A DNA stretch of 64,000 nucleotides from assembly GCA_019752815.1 (NCBI GenBank), contig JAIELQ010000006.1, positions 1,577 through 65,576 on the forward strand. Direction: 5' to 3'. Below the pieces are notes generated by a model. That model saw only the letters and a program-made list of their open reading frames with translations. It did no database searches and was not told where the DNA came from. The position numbers were made by a program, and so were the translations under genes. Numbering within the stretch: position 1 is the stretch's first letter; each line of letters begins with the position of its first letter. Origin of the DNA: Patescibacteria group bacterium. Its GTDB lineage: Bacteria > Patescibacteriota > Minisyncoccia > Phycocordibacterales > UBA918. This document shows, piece after piece, positions 56,814-64,000 of the stretch.

Positions 56814-58211
56814 ATGACAAATCCTGACAGTACACAAAACAAAATGGAAAAAATCACCGCACTCTGCAAGCGTCGCGGGTTTGTGTTTGCGGGTAGTGAA
56901 ATCTACGGCGGATTTGTCGGTTCGTTTGATTATGGTCCGTATGGGGTAGAGCTCGCAAACAATATTAAAGCTGCGTGGTGGGAGGCAATGGTACAACATG
57001 AACGCAATATTGTAGGTTTGGATTCCGCTATTGTGACTCATCCAAAAGTATGGGAAGCATCAGGTCACGTGGGTGGTTTTTCCGACCCCATGGTTGAATG
57101 TAAAGAATGTAACACACGGTCACGAGCTGATCATTTGCTCGAAGAGCTCGATGTGTTTGCAGATGAAAAAATGACCATTGAAGAAATCAATACTATTTTT
57201 GATGCAAATCGAGATAAGCTGGTGTGTCCAAAGTGTGGTTCCAAGAATTTTGGAGTTGTCCGGAAATTTAATCTTTTGGCACAAACAAACCTCGGTAATT
57301 TTTCTGAGGACTGGAGTAAAGAACCAGCATATTTGCGGGGAGAAACTTGTCAGGGAATTTATATCAACTTCAAAAATGTCCTGGACACAACACGGGTAAA
57401 GGTGCCTTTTGGGATTGCCCAAATAGGGAAGGCATTCCGAAATGAAATTGCTCCCCGACAATACATCTTCCGCAAACGTGAGTTCGAGCAAATGGAGATG
57501 CAAATGTTTGTAGCGCCGGCAGAAGAAATGTCAGTCTATGATATATGGAAAGCCAAACGCATGCAGTATTACATCGACATGGGCTTCAAGCCAGAAAATC
57601 TTCGATTCCATGAACATGAGAATCTCGTATTTTATGCCAAAGCAGCGTTTGATATTGAGTATAATTTTCCATTTGGTTTTAAAGAATTAGAGGGTGTTCA
57701 TGCTCGGGGAAATTATGACTTAACCCAGCATCAAACATTCTCAGGGGTATCAATGGAATATACCGATCCATACACCAATGAAAAATACATTCCACATGTA
57801 GTTGAAACTTCGGTTGGTTTAGATCGTACATTTTTGGCTGTTATGACTGAGTTCTATGATGAGGACACTATCGGAGAAGAGTCTCGCATTGTACTTCGTC
57901 TACCCAAAAAACTAGCACCAATCAAGGTGGCTGTTTTCCCGTTATTGCGCAACCGTCCTGAGTTAGTGCAAAAGGCTGAAGAAGTATTTGCCTTAGTATC
58001 AAAAGAAATGCGGGCTGAGTTTGACGATAATGGAAATGTCGGTAAACGCTATCGCCGCCAAGATGAAATTGGCACACCTCACTGTGTGACTATCGATTTT
58101 GATACTCTCGGTGAAAATCCAGAATTACTCGATACTGTTACGGTCCGTAACCGCGACACTGGCGCCCAAGAACGAATCGCCATTGCAGAACTTGTAAACT
58201 ACCTCAAATAG
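56814..58211 (+). CDS. glyQS: glycyl-tRNA synthetase (alpha2 type)
   Basis: KRRGF, YLRGETCQGI, GIAQIGKAFRNEI, REFEQME, GKRYRRQDEIGTP. Confidence 0.96.
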   Translation: MTNPDSTQNKMEKITALCKRRGFVFAGSEIYGGFVGSFDYGPYGVELANNIKAAWWEAMVQHERNIVGLDSAIVTHPKVWEASGHVGGFSDPMVECKECNTRSRADHLLEELDVFADEKMTIEEINTIFDANRDKLVCPKCGSKNFGVVRKFNLLAQTNLGNFSEDWSKEPAYLRGETCQGIYINFKNVLDTTRVKVPFGIAQIGKAFRNEIAPRQYIFRKREFEQMEMQMFVAPAEEMSVYDIWKAKRMQYYIDMGFKPENLRFHEHENLVFYAKAAFDIEYNFPFGFKELEGVHARGNYDLTQHQTFSGVSMEYTDPYTNEKYIPHVVETSVGLDRTFLAVMTEFYDEDTIGEESRIVLRLPKKLAPIKVAVFPLLRNRPELVQKAEEVFALVSKEMRAEFDDNGNVGKRYRRQDEIGTPHCVTIDFDTLGENPELLDTVTVRNRDTGAQERIAIAELVNYLK

Positions 58212-58249
58212 GGTACTGTATCTCCCAGACCTTGTTTTGGAGATTGCTG

Positions 58250-58771
58250 ATGCCAAAAAGAAAAGCCTTTGGCAAGGACGAGGCCATCATAGCCTTTGTG
58301 TCTGGCCAAATTCGAAAAACCCAAGCGACATTTGGAGTGACGGTCGCTGAAATGGCTCGAGTCGCTGGTTATGAACGGTCAGTTTTTCATCGCGTTCTTC
58401 GCGGTGATAGTATCTGTAACATCGAAGCGCTACATCGGCTGTCCGTTCACTACAACCTGCCGATGGACTACTGGTTTCCACCTCGGGAAGGGATTGCAGC
58501 TCCGCTGCTACCAGTTCCTCAAGTTGTTCCTGTGCAGGACAATGCAATACCAACGATGCTGCCTTTTACTCGAAAGATGATACGGCAGATGAATATCATG
58601 TCTGTGTCTGACAAGCGTATACTGCTCGTCCTTGCCTTGAAACATGCGCAGCAGTTGCAAGGGCTCGTTTTGCTCGCCAAGGCACTTGAACAAGTAAATC
58701 CTGAGACAAAAAAGAAGATTGTCATGGCAGTACAAAAGCTCGCAGCGGTCAAAAAACAACCGGTCCCATAA
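58250..58771 (+). CDS. XRE-like HTH domain protein
   Basis: VTVAEMARVAGYERS...RVLRG......L..LS..Y....DYW. Confidence 0.6.
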   Translation: MPKRKAFGKDEAIIAFVSGQIRKTQATFGVTVAEMARVAGYERSVFHRVLRGDSICNIEALHRLSVHYNLPMDYWFPPREGIAAPLLPVPQVVPVQDNAIPTMLPFTRKMIRQMNIMSVSDKRILLVLALKHAQQLQGLVLLAKALEQVNPETKKKIVMAVQKLAAVKKQPVP

Positions 58772-58821
58772 AGGGACCGGCTACTTTTTTATTTTGCTAG
58801 CTATGGTACTGTATTTAGACT

Positions 58822-60264
58822 ATGTTAGACAAAAACCCCCGCTATATCACCACTACCTTGCCGTACGTTAACGCTGAGCCACATATTGGTTTCGGCTATG
58901 AAATAGTAGTAGCCGATACGCTCGCACGTTACTGGCGCCTCATGGGGCACGAGGTATTTTTTACCACCGGTACTGATGAACACGGACAAAAAATTGCTGA
59001 AAAAGCCGACAGCGAAGGCATCCCACGCCAAGAGTATGTTGATACTTATGCAGCCAAATTTGCCGATTTAAAGACCTCTCTTAATATCTCAAACGATAAT
59101 TTTATTCGCACGACAGATGCTTCACACAAAGCAGCTGCTCAGGCTATTTGGAATAAATGTTTAGAAAAAGGCGATATCTACAAAAAAACCTACAAAGGTC
59201 TCTACTGTGTGGGGGACGAGATGTTTTTGCGTGATAGTGATTTAGTACATGGTCGGTGTCCTAACCACCCGAATGTAGATCCAGTGGAGATTGAAGAAGA
59301 GAACTACTTTTTCAAACTCTCAAACTATCAAGATAAACTCATTGATTATTTGAACGATCCTGCCCGTACCTTGTCTGAATCATATCGTGCCTGGGCGCTA
59401 CAGTTTGTTTCGGCCGGTCTTGAGGATCTCAGTATCTCACGTAGTAAAAAACGAATGGACTGGGGGATTCCCGTGCCGGGGGACGATGACCACGTTATGT
59501 ACGTATGGTTTGACGCGTTAACCAACTACATCAGTACGCTTGGCTGGCCTGATGACGCTGACGGTAACTTTAAAAAATTCTGGGTAGATGGCGAAACTGT
59601 CCAGCTGGCGGGTAAGGACCAGGTACGCTTCCAATCAATTATTTTTCAGGCAATGTTACTGTCCGCTGATGTTCCGCAAACAGATACCATTTGCTACCAC
59701 GGATTTATTAATAGTGGGGGACAGAAAATGAGCAAGAGTCTCGGTAACGTTATTTCACCTGCGGAATTAGTGGCCCGCTACGGTACTGATGCAACCCGTT
59801 ATTTACTCCTGCGTCATGTACACCCGTTTGATGATACTGATATTACTTGGGAACGGCTTGACGAATGGTACACCGCCGATTTGGTAAATGGGTTAGGGAA
59901 TCTAGTTGCTCGAGTGATGAAAATGGCCGAGACTCATTTAGATGAACCTATTGCTCGACCAGAAGCATTCGCGTTTTCATCTGAGTATGCGCAAGCAATT
60001 GAAGCATATAACTTGCAGTCAGCAACCGATTACATTTGGAGTCGCATTGGTGCTCTTGATGAACGAATTACAGCCGAAGAGCCATTTAAGTTAGTGAAAA
60101 CAGATAAACCAAAAGCCCAGATTATCATTCAGGAATTAGCTGTTGAAGTGTACGCAATCGGTAGGTTACTCAATCCGTTTATGCCCGCAACGAGTGAAAT
60201 TATTAAAGCTGCTGTTCTCGAAAACAAAAAACCAGACAACCTCTTTAACCGGCTCGAGTCTTAA
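58822..60264 (+). CDS. metG: methionyl-tRNA synthetase (short form)
   Basis: YITT..PYVNA.PHIG, GTDEHGQK, YVWFDAL.NY, KMSKSLGN. Confidence 0.96.
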   Translation: MLDKNPRYITTTLPYVNAEPHIGFGYEIVVADTLARYWRLMGHEVFFTTGTDEHGQKIAEKADSEGIPRQEYVDTYAAKFADLKTSLNISNDNFIRTTDASHKAAAQAIWNKCLEKGDIYKKTYKGLYCVGDEMFLRDSDLVHGRCPNHPNVDPVEIEEENYFFKLSNYQDKLIDYLNDPARTLSESYRAWALQFVSAGLEDLSISRSKKRMDWGIPVPGDDDHVMYVWFDALTNYISTLGWPDDADGNFKKFWVDGETVQLAGKDQVRFQSIIFQAMLLSADVPQTDTICYHGFINSGGQKMSKSLGNVISPAELVARYGTDATRYLLLRHVHPFDDTDITWERLDEWYTADLVNGLGNLVARVMKMAETHLDEPIARPEAFAFSSEYAQAIEAYNLQSATDYIWSRIGALDERITAEEPFKLVKTDKPKAQIIIQELAVEVYAIGRLLNPFMPATSEIIKAAVLENKKPDNLFNRLES

Positions 60265-60265
60265 T

Positions 60266-60877
60266 ATGGAAAAAACCCAGATTGTCTTTATTCATGGTGG
60301 AGATTCGTTTGATACTGTCGAAGAATTTCATGAATTCGTGCGGAGTCTAAAATATGATCCCTACGCCATCGAACAAAAGAAATGGCGTGACGGTATTAAG
60401 GAGACTCTGGATGAAACACATGAATGTATCATGCCACGTTTTCCAAATGCGATGGATGCTGACTTTTTGGCATGGAGTATTTGGTTTGAGAAAGTAATCC
60501 CGTATTTGCGAGATGGGGTGGTGCTGGTAGGGCACTCGCTTGGGTCAGGTTTCTTACTCCGGTATCTCACTGAAAACAATATGCCAGTTTCGGTATCACA
60601 ACTTCATCTTGTAGCGGGAGTGATTGATGACCTTGATTGTCCGGGTGTGGGGGAGTTCGGAGTTGATATCACCAATTGGTCTGGTTTTGCCTCGTCAATC
60701 GATGAGGTGCATGTCTGGCACAGTAGTGACGATATTCTCGTTCCTCTTCATCATAGCGAACGTCTGGTCGCTCACTACCCAAGTGCCATCACGCACTATT
60801 TCATCGACCGCGGACACTTCCTCCAATCAGAATTCTCCGAGCTACAAACAGTGATCAAAAACATCACCAAACTATAA
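60266..60877 (+). CDS. RBBP9/YdeN-family alpha/beta hydrolase
   Basis: FIHGG, LVGHSLG, HS.DD..VP, GHF. Confidence 0.88.
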   Translation: MEKTQIVFIHGGDSFDTVEEFHEFVRSLKYDPYAIEQKKWRDGIKETLDETHECIMPRFPNAMDADFLAWSIWFEKVIPYLRDGVVLVGHSLGSGFLLRYLTENNMPVSVSQLHLVAGVIDDLDCPGVGEFGVDITNWSGFASSIDEVHVWHSSDDILVPLHHSERLVAHYPSAITHYFIDRGHFLQSEFSELQTVIKNITKL

Positions 60878-60901
60878 GTTTTAATGTTACAATTAAGGTA
60901 T

Positions 60902-61024
60902 ATGGATAATGTATCTGAAAAAAGAAATACATATACTTGGAACGATGATATCCGTCGTTTAGCTGAGAAGGTGGGTAAAGATATTCGCGAAAGTGAGCGT
61001 CGGGGTTTTAGCTGGGAAGAATAA
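60902..61024 (+). CDS. 40-aa putative antitoxin (not in ORF track)
   Basis: MDNVSEKRNTYTWNDDIRRLAEKVGKDIRESERRGFSWEE. Stop overlaps the PIN start (TAATG). Confidence 0.5.
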   Translation: MDNVSEKRNTYTWNDDIRRLAEKVGKDIRESERRGFSWEE

Positions 61025-61551
61025 TGAAACTAAAGATACCAGAACGTGGTTTCGTATTGCTTGATACTAACGTCCTTATTGATACTTCAAAATACCCCGA
61101 TAATTTTTTAGTGCTACATAATGAATTAAAAAGACTACATATTAGTTCAGTTGTTGAAAGTACAATTCGCTTCGAGTTTTTACGGGGATTGCGTAACGTT
61201 TCAGATGGTGAAAAATTGTTGACGGGACTTTGCGGGGAGAATCATTTAGTTTTAAATCCTGATAAGGATACTTTTGATAGAGCCTTAAAAATATCACAAA
61301 TTTATGTGCGAAATGATAACAAACAAGTAAAGATTGCTGATGTTATTATTGCAGCGCAAATTGCTAAATATGCAAAAGGGGCTGGTAACGCAAACGAGCT
61401 ACTCTTGGCAACACAAAATCACAAAGACTTCCCGCCAGTTTTATTTGAGAGGGTAGACGAAATGCTGATAACAATTCCAGACGGAACTATTAAAATAATT
61501 GGGTTTTATAGGTTTAAATCAGATAGATTTAATGAGTTGCAAGTAATATGA
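61024..61551 (+). CDS. PIN-domain (VapC-like) nuclease
   Basis: LLDTNVLID, FE...G, IAD..IAA, L.T.N.KDF. Confidence 0.85.
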   Translation: MKLKIPERGFVLLDTNVLIDTSKYPDNFLVLHNELKRLHISSVVESTIRFEFLRGLRNVSDGEKLLTGLCGENHLVLNPDKDTFDRALKISQIYVRNDNKQVKIADVIIAAQIAKYAKGAGNANELLLATQNHKDFPPVLFERVDEMLITIPDGTIKIIGFYRFKSDRFNELQVI

Positions 61552-62405
61552 AATACATTGACACTCATGCGCATTTGAATTTGTCGGCTTTTGCTCCTGA
61601 TGTTGAGGCAGTGATTGAGAAGTGTAATCAGGATGGGGTGGGGGTGATAAATATTGGTACCAAGGAATCAACCAGTGCGCGGGCGGTTGAGTTGGCGTTA
61701 ACCAATCCTCATCTCTACGCGATTGTGGGACTTCATCCCATCCAAACCGTTCCGCAATCACATGATGAAGATGAGTTGGGTGAGGGCGGAATGCCCTTTG
61801 TGTCAAAAGGCGAGACCTTTAATACTGATTTTTACCGCAATCTAATTGCGACGAGTAACGGTAAGGTTGTGGGTATTGGTGAATGTGGATTTGATTATTA
61901 TCACACTGATCCTTCAACCTATATTACTCAAGAGGTGGTCTTTATTGAACAAATTAAACTAGCTAATGAACTGCAGTTGCCATTGATGATTCATACCCGT
62001 GGACCAAAACCGGGGGAGAGTAGTCCTACCGGACGCAGTGTCTATGCTGATGTGCATGCAGTGTTAAAACAGTACGCCAAAGTCCCATTTAACGTTCACT
62101 TTTATGCTGGAACGCTCGATGAAGCCAAGGCTTTTTTTGATATTGGCGGGACCATTTCATTTACCGGTGTCATAACGTTTGCCAAAGTATACGAGGATAT
62201 TGTGCGTGCAGTGCCGCTCGACCGTATCCACGCAGAAACTGATTGTCCGTATGTAGCACCAATACCGTATCGTGGGGCCCGTTGCGAACCCTGGATGGTT
62301 CAAGAAGTGTATAAAAAAATCGCCCAAATACGGGATGAGGACACAGATGTTGTGAGAGAGCAGCTATTAGAAAATGCTCACCGTCTGTATACAGTAAAAA
62401 AGTAA
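61548..62405 (+). CDS. tatD: TatD family hydrolase
   Basis: IDTHAHL, GLHP, IGECGFDY, IH.R, ETD.PY. Confidence 0.93.
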   Translation: MKYIDTHAHLNLSAFAPDVEAVIEKCNQDGVGVINIGTKESTSARAVELALTNPHLYAIVGLHPIQTVPQSHDEDELGEGGMPFVSKGETFNTDFYRNLIATSNGKVVGIGECGFDYYHTDPSTYITQEVVFIEQIKLANELQLPLMIHTRGPKPGESSPTGRSVYADVHAVLKQYAKVPFNVHFYAGTLDEAKAFFDIGGTISFTGVITFAKVYEDIVRAVPLDRIHAETDCPYVAPIPYRGARCEPWMVQEVYKKIAQIRDEDTDVVREQLLENAHRLYTVKK

Positions 62406-62420
62406 AAAGCGAGCCTGGGG

Positions 62421-62858
62421 TCAGGCTCGCCTAAAGAGTTTTTTCTGGCAACAAATAAATTTGAAGTGTCGAAAGGCATATTCGATGTTACGCATTGCCA
62501 GTCCACGCAATTGTCGTTCATGAGCCTGAAGACATTGTGTCTTTAAATCATACAGCTCTTCACGACTAATGGTATGCCAACGGGCGCGGAGCGTGACATC
62601 TCGCCTGAACCACTTTTGTTGGAGGTTAAAGAACGCTTGCGCCTCCATTTCACCTCGAAGATTGTTGCATTGAGAACAGGCAGCAATCAGATTGTCGTAA
62701 ATTGTTAACCCGCCATAGGTACGAGGTTGAAGGTGATCTTTTGTCAGTAGATTTCGAGGTTGGGTAATACCTTCTTTGTATTGGTGGGTAATCATCCGAT
62801 GTCCGCAGTAGCAGCACCGATGATTTTGGGATTCGGTGAGCCGATGCATGTATGCCAC
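62421..62858 (-). CDS. HNH endonuclease
   Basis: Q..RCCYCG, T.DHL.P...GG.....NL.AAC..CN..RG. Confidence 0.85.
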   Translation of the reverse strand: MAYMHRLTESQNHRCCYCGHRMITHQYKEGITQPRNLLTKDHLQPRTYGGLTIYDNLIAACSQCNNLRGEMEAQAFFNLQQKWFRRDVTLRARWHTISREELYDLKTQCLQAHERQLRGLAMRNIEYAFRHFKFICCQKKLFRRA

Positions 62859-63023
62859 TGCAGTGTCCTTTTCAAAGGTCTCTCTCCTGATACTAATACA
62901 ATACGCGCCCGATAACGATTTTTTACTGGGGATTCAGCTTAAGATACTTGGTATATAAAGCTTAATTATTGTTGTATAAAATAAAACTTTAGGTATAGTA
63001 CCAACAGAGAGGAGGGTACAAAG

Positions 63024-63329
63024 ATGTCGGAGACATGTAATTGTATTATAAGCCGGCTAAATATTGCTGGTATTGATTCTCTTTCGGCACGTGAGGGTGA
63101 AGATTGGTGGTGTGAGTGTTTGCGACCAGCAAACCACAAAGGTCCACATCTCATCAAACGGGTAGAAAGAGTCGGCGGTCAGTATGTCGTTTGGGAACAA
63201 GACTGCTGCGAACCTGGAATATGTGATGATTGCGATGGAGAAGACCCAGAAGGCTACTGTTTGGTCTATGGGTTTGTTAGTGAAGAAGTAGCTTGTCGCC
63301 TGATTGCCGATGGGTCACTTGAATCATAA
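63024..63329 (+). CDS. Cys-rich hypothetical protein
   Basis: 101 aa, C.C....HKGPH and CCE..ICDDC motifs, SD GAGGAGG. Confidence 0.55.
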   Translation: MSETCNCIISRLNIAGIDSLSAREGEDWWCECLRPANHKGPHLIKRVERVGGQYVVWEQDCCEPGICDDCDGEDPEGYCLVYGFVSEEVACRLIADGSLES

Positions 63330-63399
63330 AGGCCAGCGTGAGAACGCTGGTCTAATTATTAAGTTGCTTAGCAGCTCGGCTGTCTCAATAGATTAAAAT

Positions 63400-63518
63400 T
63401 ATCTCAAAAATTAGATGACCACGCGACGCGCAAGGAAAATTTGTCGAGCCTTACTTTTTTGTAAGGTGAGGGGAATTTTACCGCAGCGCAACAAAGTGGG
63501 CGCTAATTTTTGAGGTAA
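63400..63518. repeat. palindromic intergenic repeat, family 3 copy 2
   Basis: CTCAAAAATTAG...CTAATTTTTGAG closing stem, internal match to 54685-54806. Confidence 0.6.
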
Positions 63519-63523
63519 TTTTT

Positions 63524-64000
63524 TTAATCAAAGATGGAGATAAGATACTCATCAATTTTTCGCTGCTCCCAGTCATAGAAACTTGCATTTGCACGATCAA
63601 GGTCGCGGGCCAATTTTTCGCCCACAAAACGCCAGTGCCATGGTTCAAACACATAGTACGCGTTACCTTCAGGGTAGGAGAGGGTAAATCCGTATTTTGA
63701 TGCGTTATCTAACATCCACTGGTATGCCGGAGTATTTTCAAAACCGGTGAGACCACCACCGAGTCCTTCGGTCGTAAAATCAACGGCCGTTCCTAATTGA
63801 TGTTCAGAATACCCCTGATCAGCCGAGAAGGCATTAGCACCCGAACCATAGGTAGTGGTGTATGCACCTTTCAGACTCGCTTGCTCGTTATATGAGCGGT
63901 AGGCAGAGACTACCCATAATTTAATGCCGTCTTCTAAGGCATCTTCAATCATTTCATTGAGGAAAGGCTCAACCTTGCCGTGAATTGATTTAGAAACAGA
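63524..64000 (-). CDS. M15B D-Ala-D-Ala carboxypeptidase (VanY-like), 5' end outside window
   Basis: SAYRS..EQ, SA..GYSEHQLG.A.D, EPWHWRFVG. Confidence 0.9.
   Translation of the reverse strand, partial: SVSKSIHGKVEPFLNEMIEDALEDGIKLWVVSAYRSYNEQASLKGAYTTTYGSGANAFSADQGYSEHQLGTAVDFTTEGLGGGLTGFENTPAYQWMLDNASKYGFTLSYPEGNAYYVFEPWHWRFVGEKLARDLDRANASFYDWEQRKIDEYLISIFD

Overview
Chromosomal window of a small-genome bacterium read in genetic code 11. It is most likely Patescibacteria/CPR (Parcubacteria). This is inferred from the pilM-N-O cluster, alpha2-type GlyRS, IleRS2, ThyX, rplK not followed by rplA, and many leaderless-looking promoters. Content: housekeeping genes (rplS, secE-nusG-rplK, argS, ileS, glyQS, metG, recO), five tRNAs, a class I ribonucleotide reductase with the ATP-cone on the beta subunit, a dTTP-synthesis cluster, a ~1980-aa GLUG-type surface protein and a free-standing LAGLIDADG gene. 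The main find is a compact diversity-generating retroelement (DGR) at ~26.2-29.0 kb. It has a target gene with VR 26961-27071 and a TR at 27426-27536 (14 TR/VR differences, all at TR adenines). It also has an antisense Avd gene broken at an A_AAA_AAG slippery site and a G9 tract, and a DGR-type RT. The cassette is bracketed by a perfect 28-bp direct repeat encoding the same peptide at the C-terminus of both MscL and the RT. Second, the tRNA loci carry modular, covarying hairpin elements whose ends are antisense and sense copies of the neighbouring tRNA's own T-arm/3' end. All calls come from reading the sequence and motifs by eye; no searches were run.
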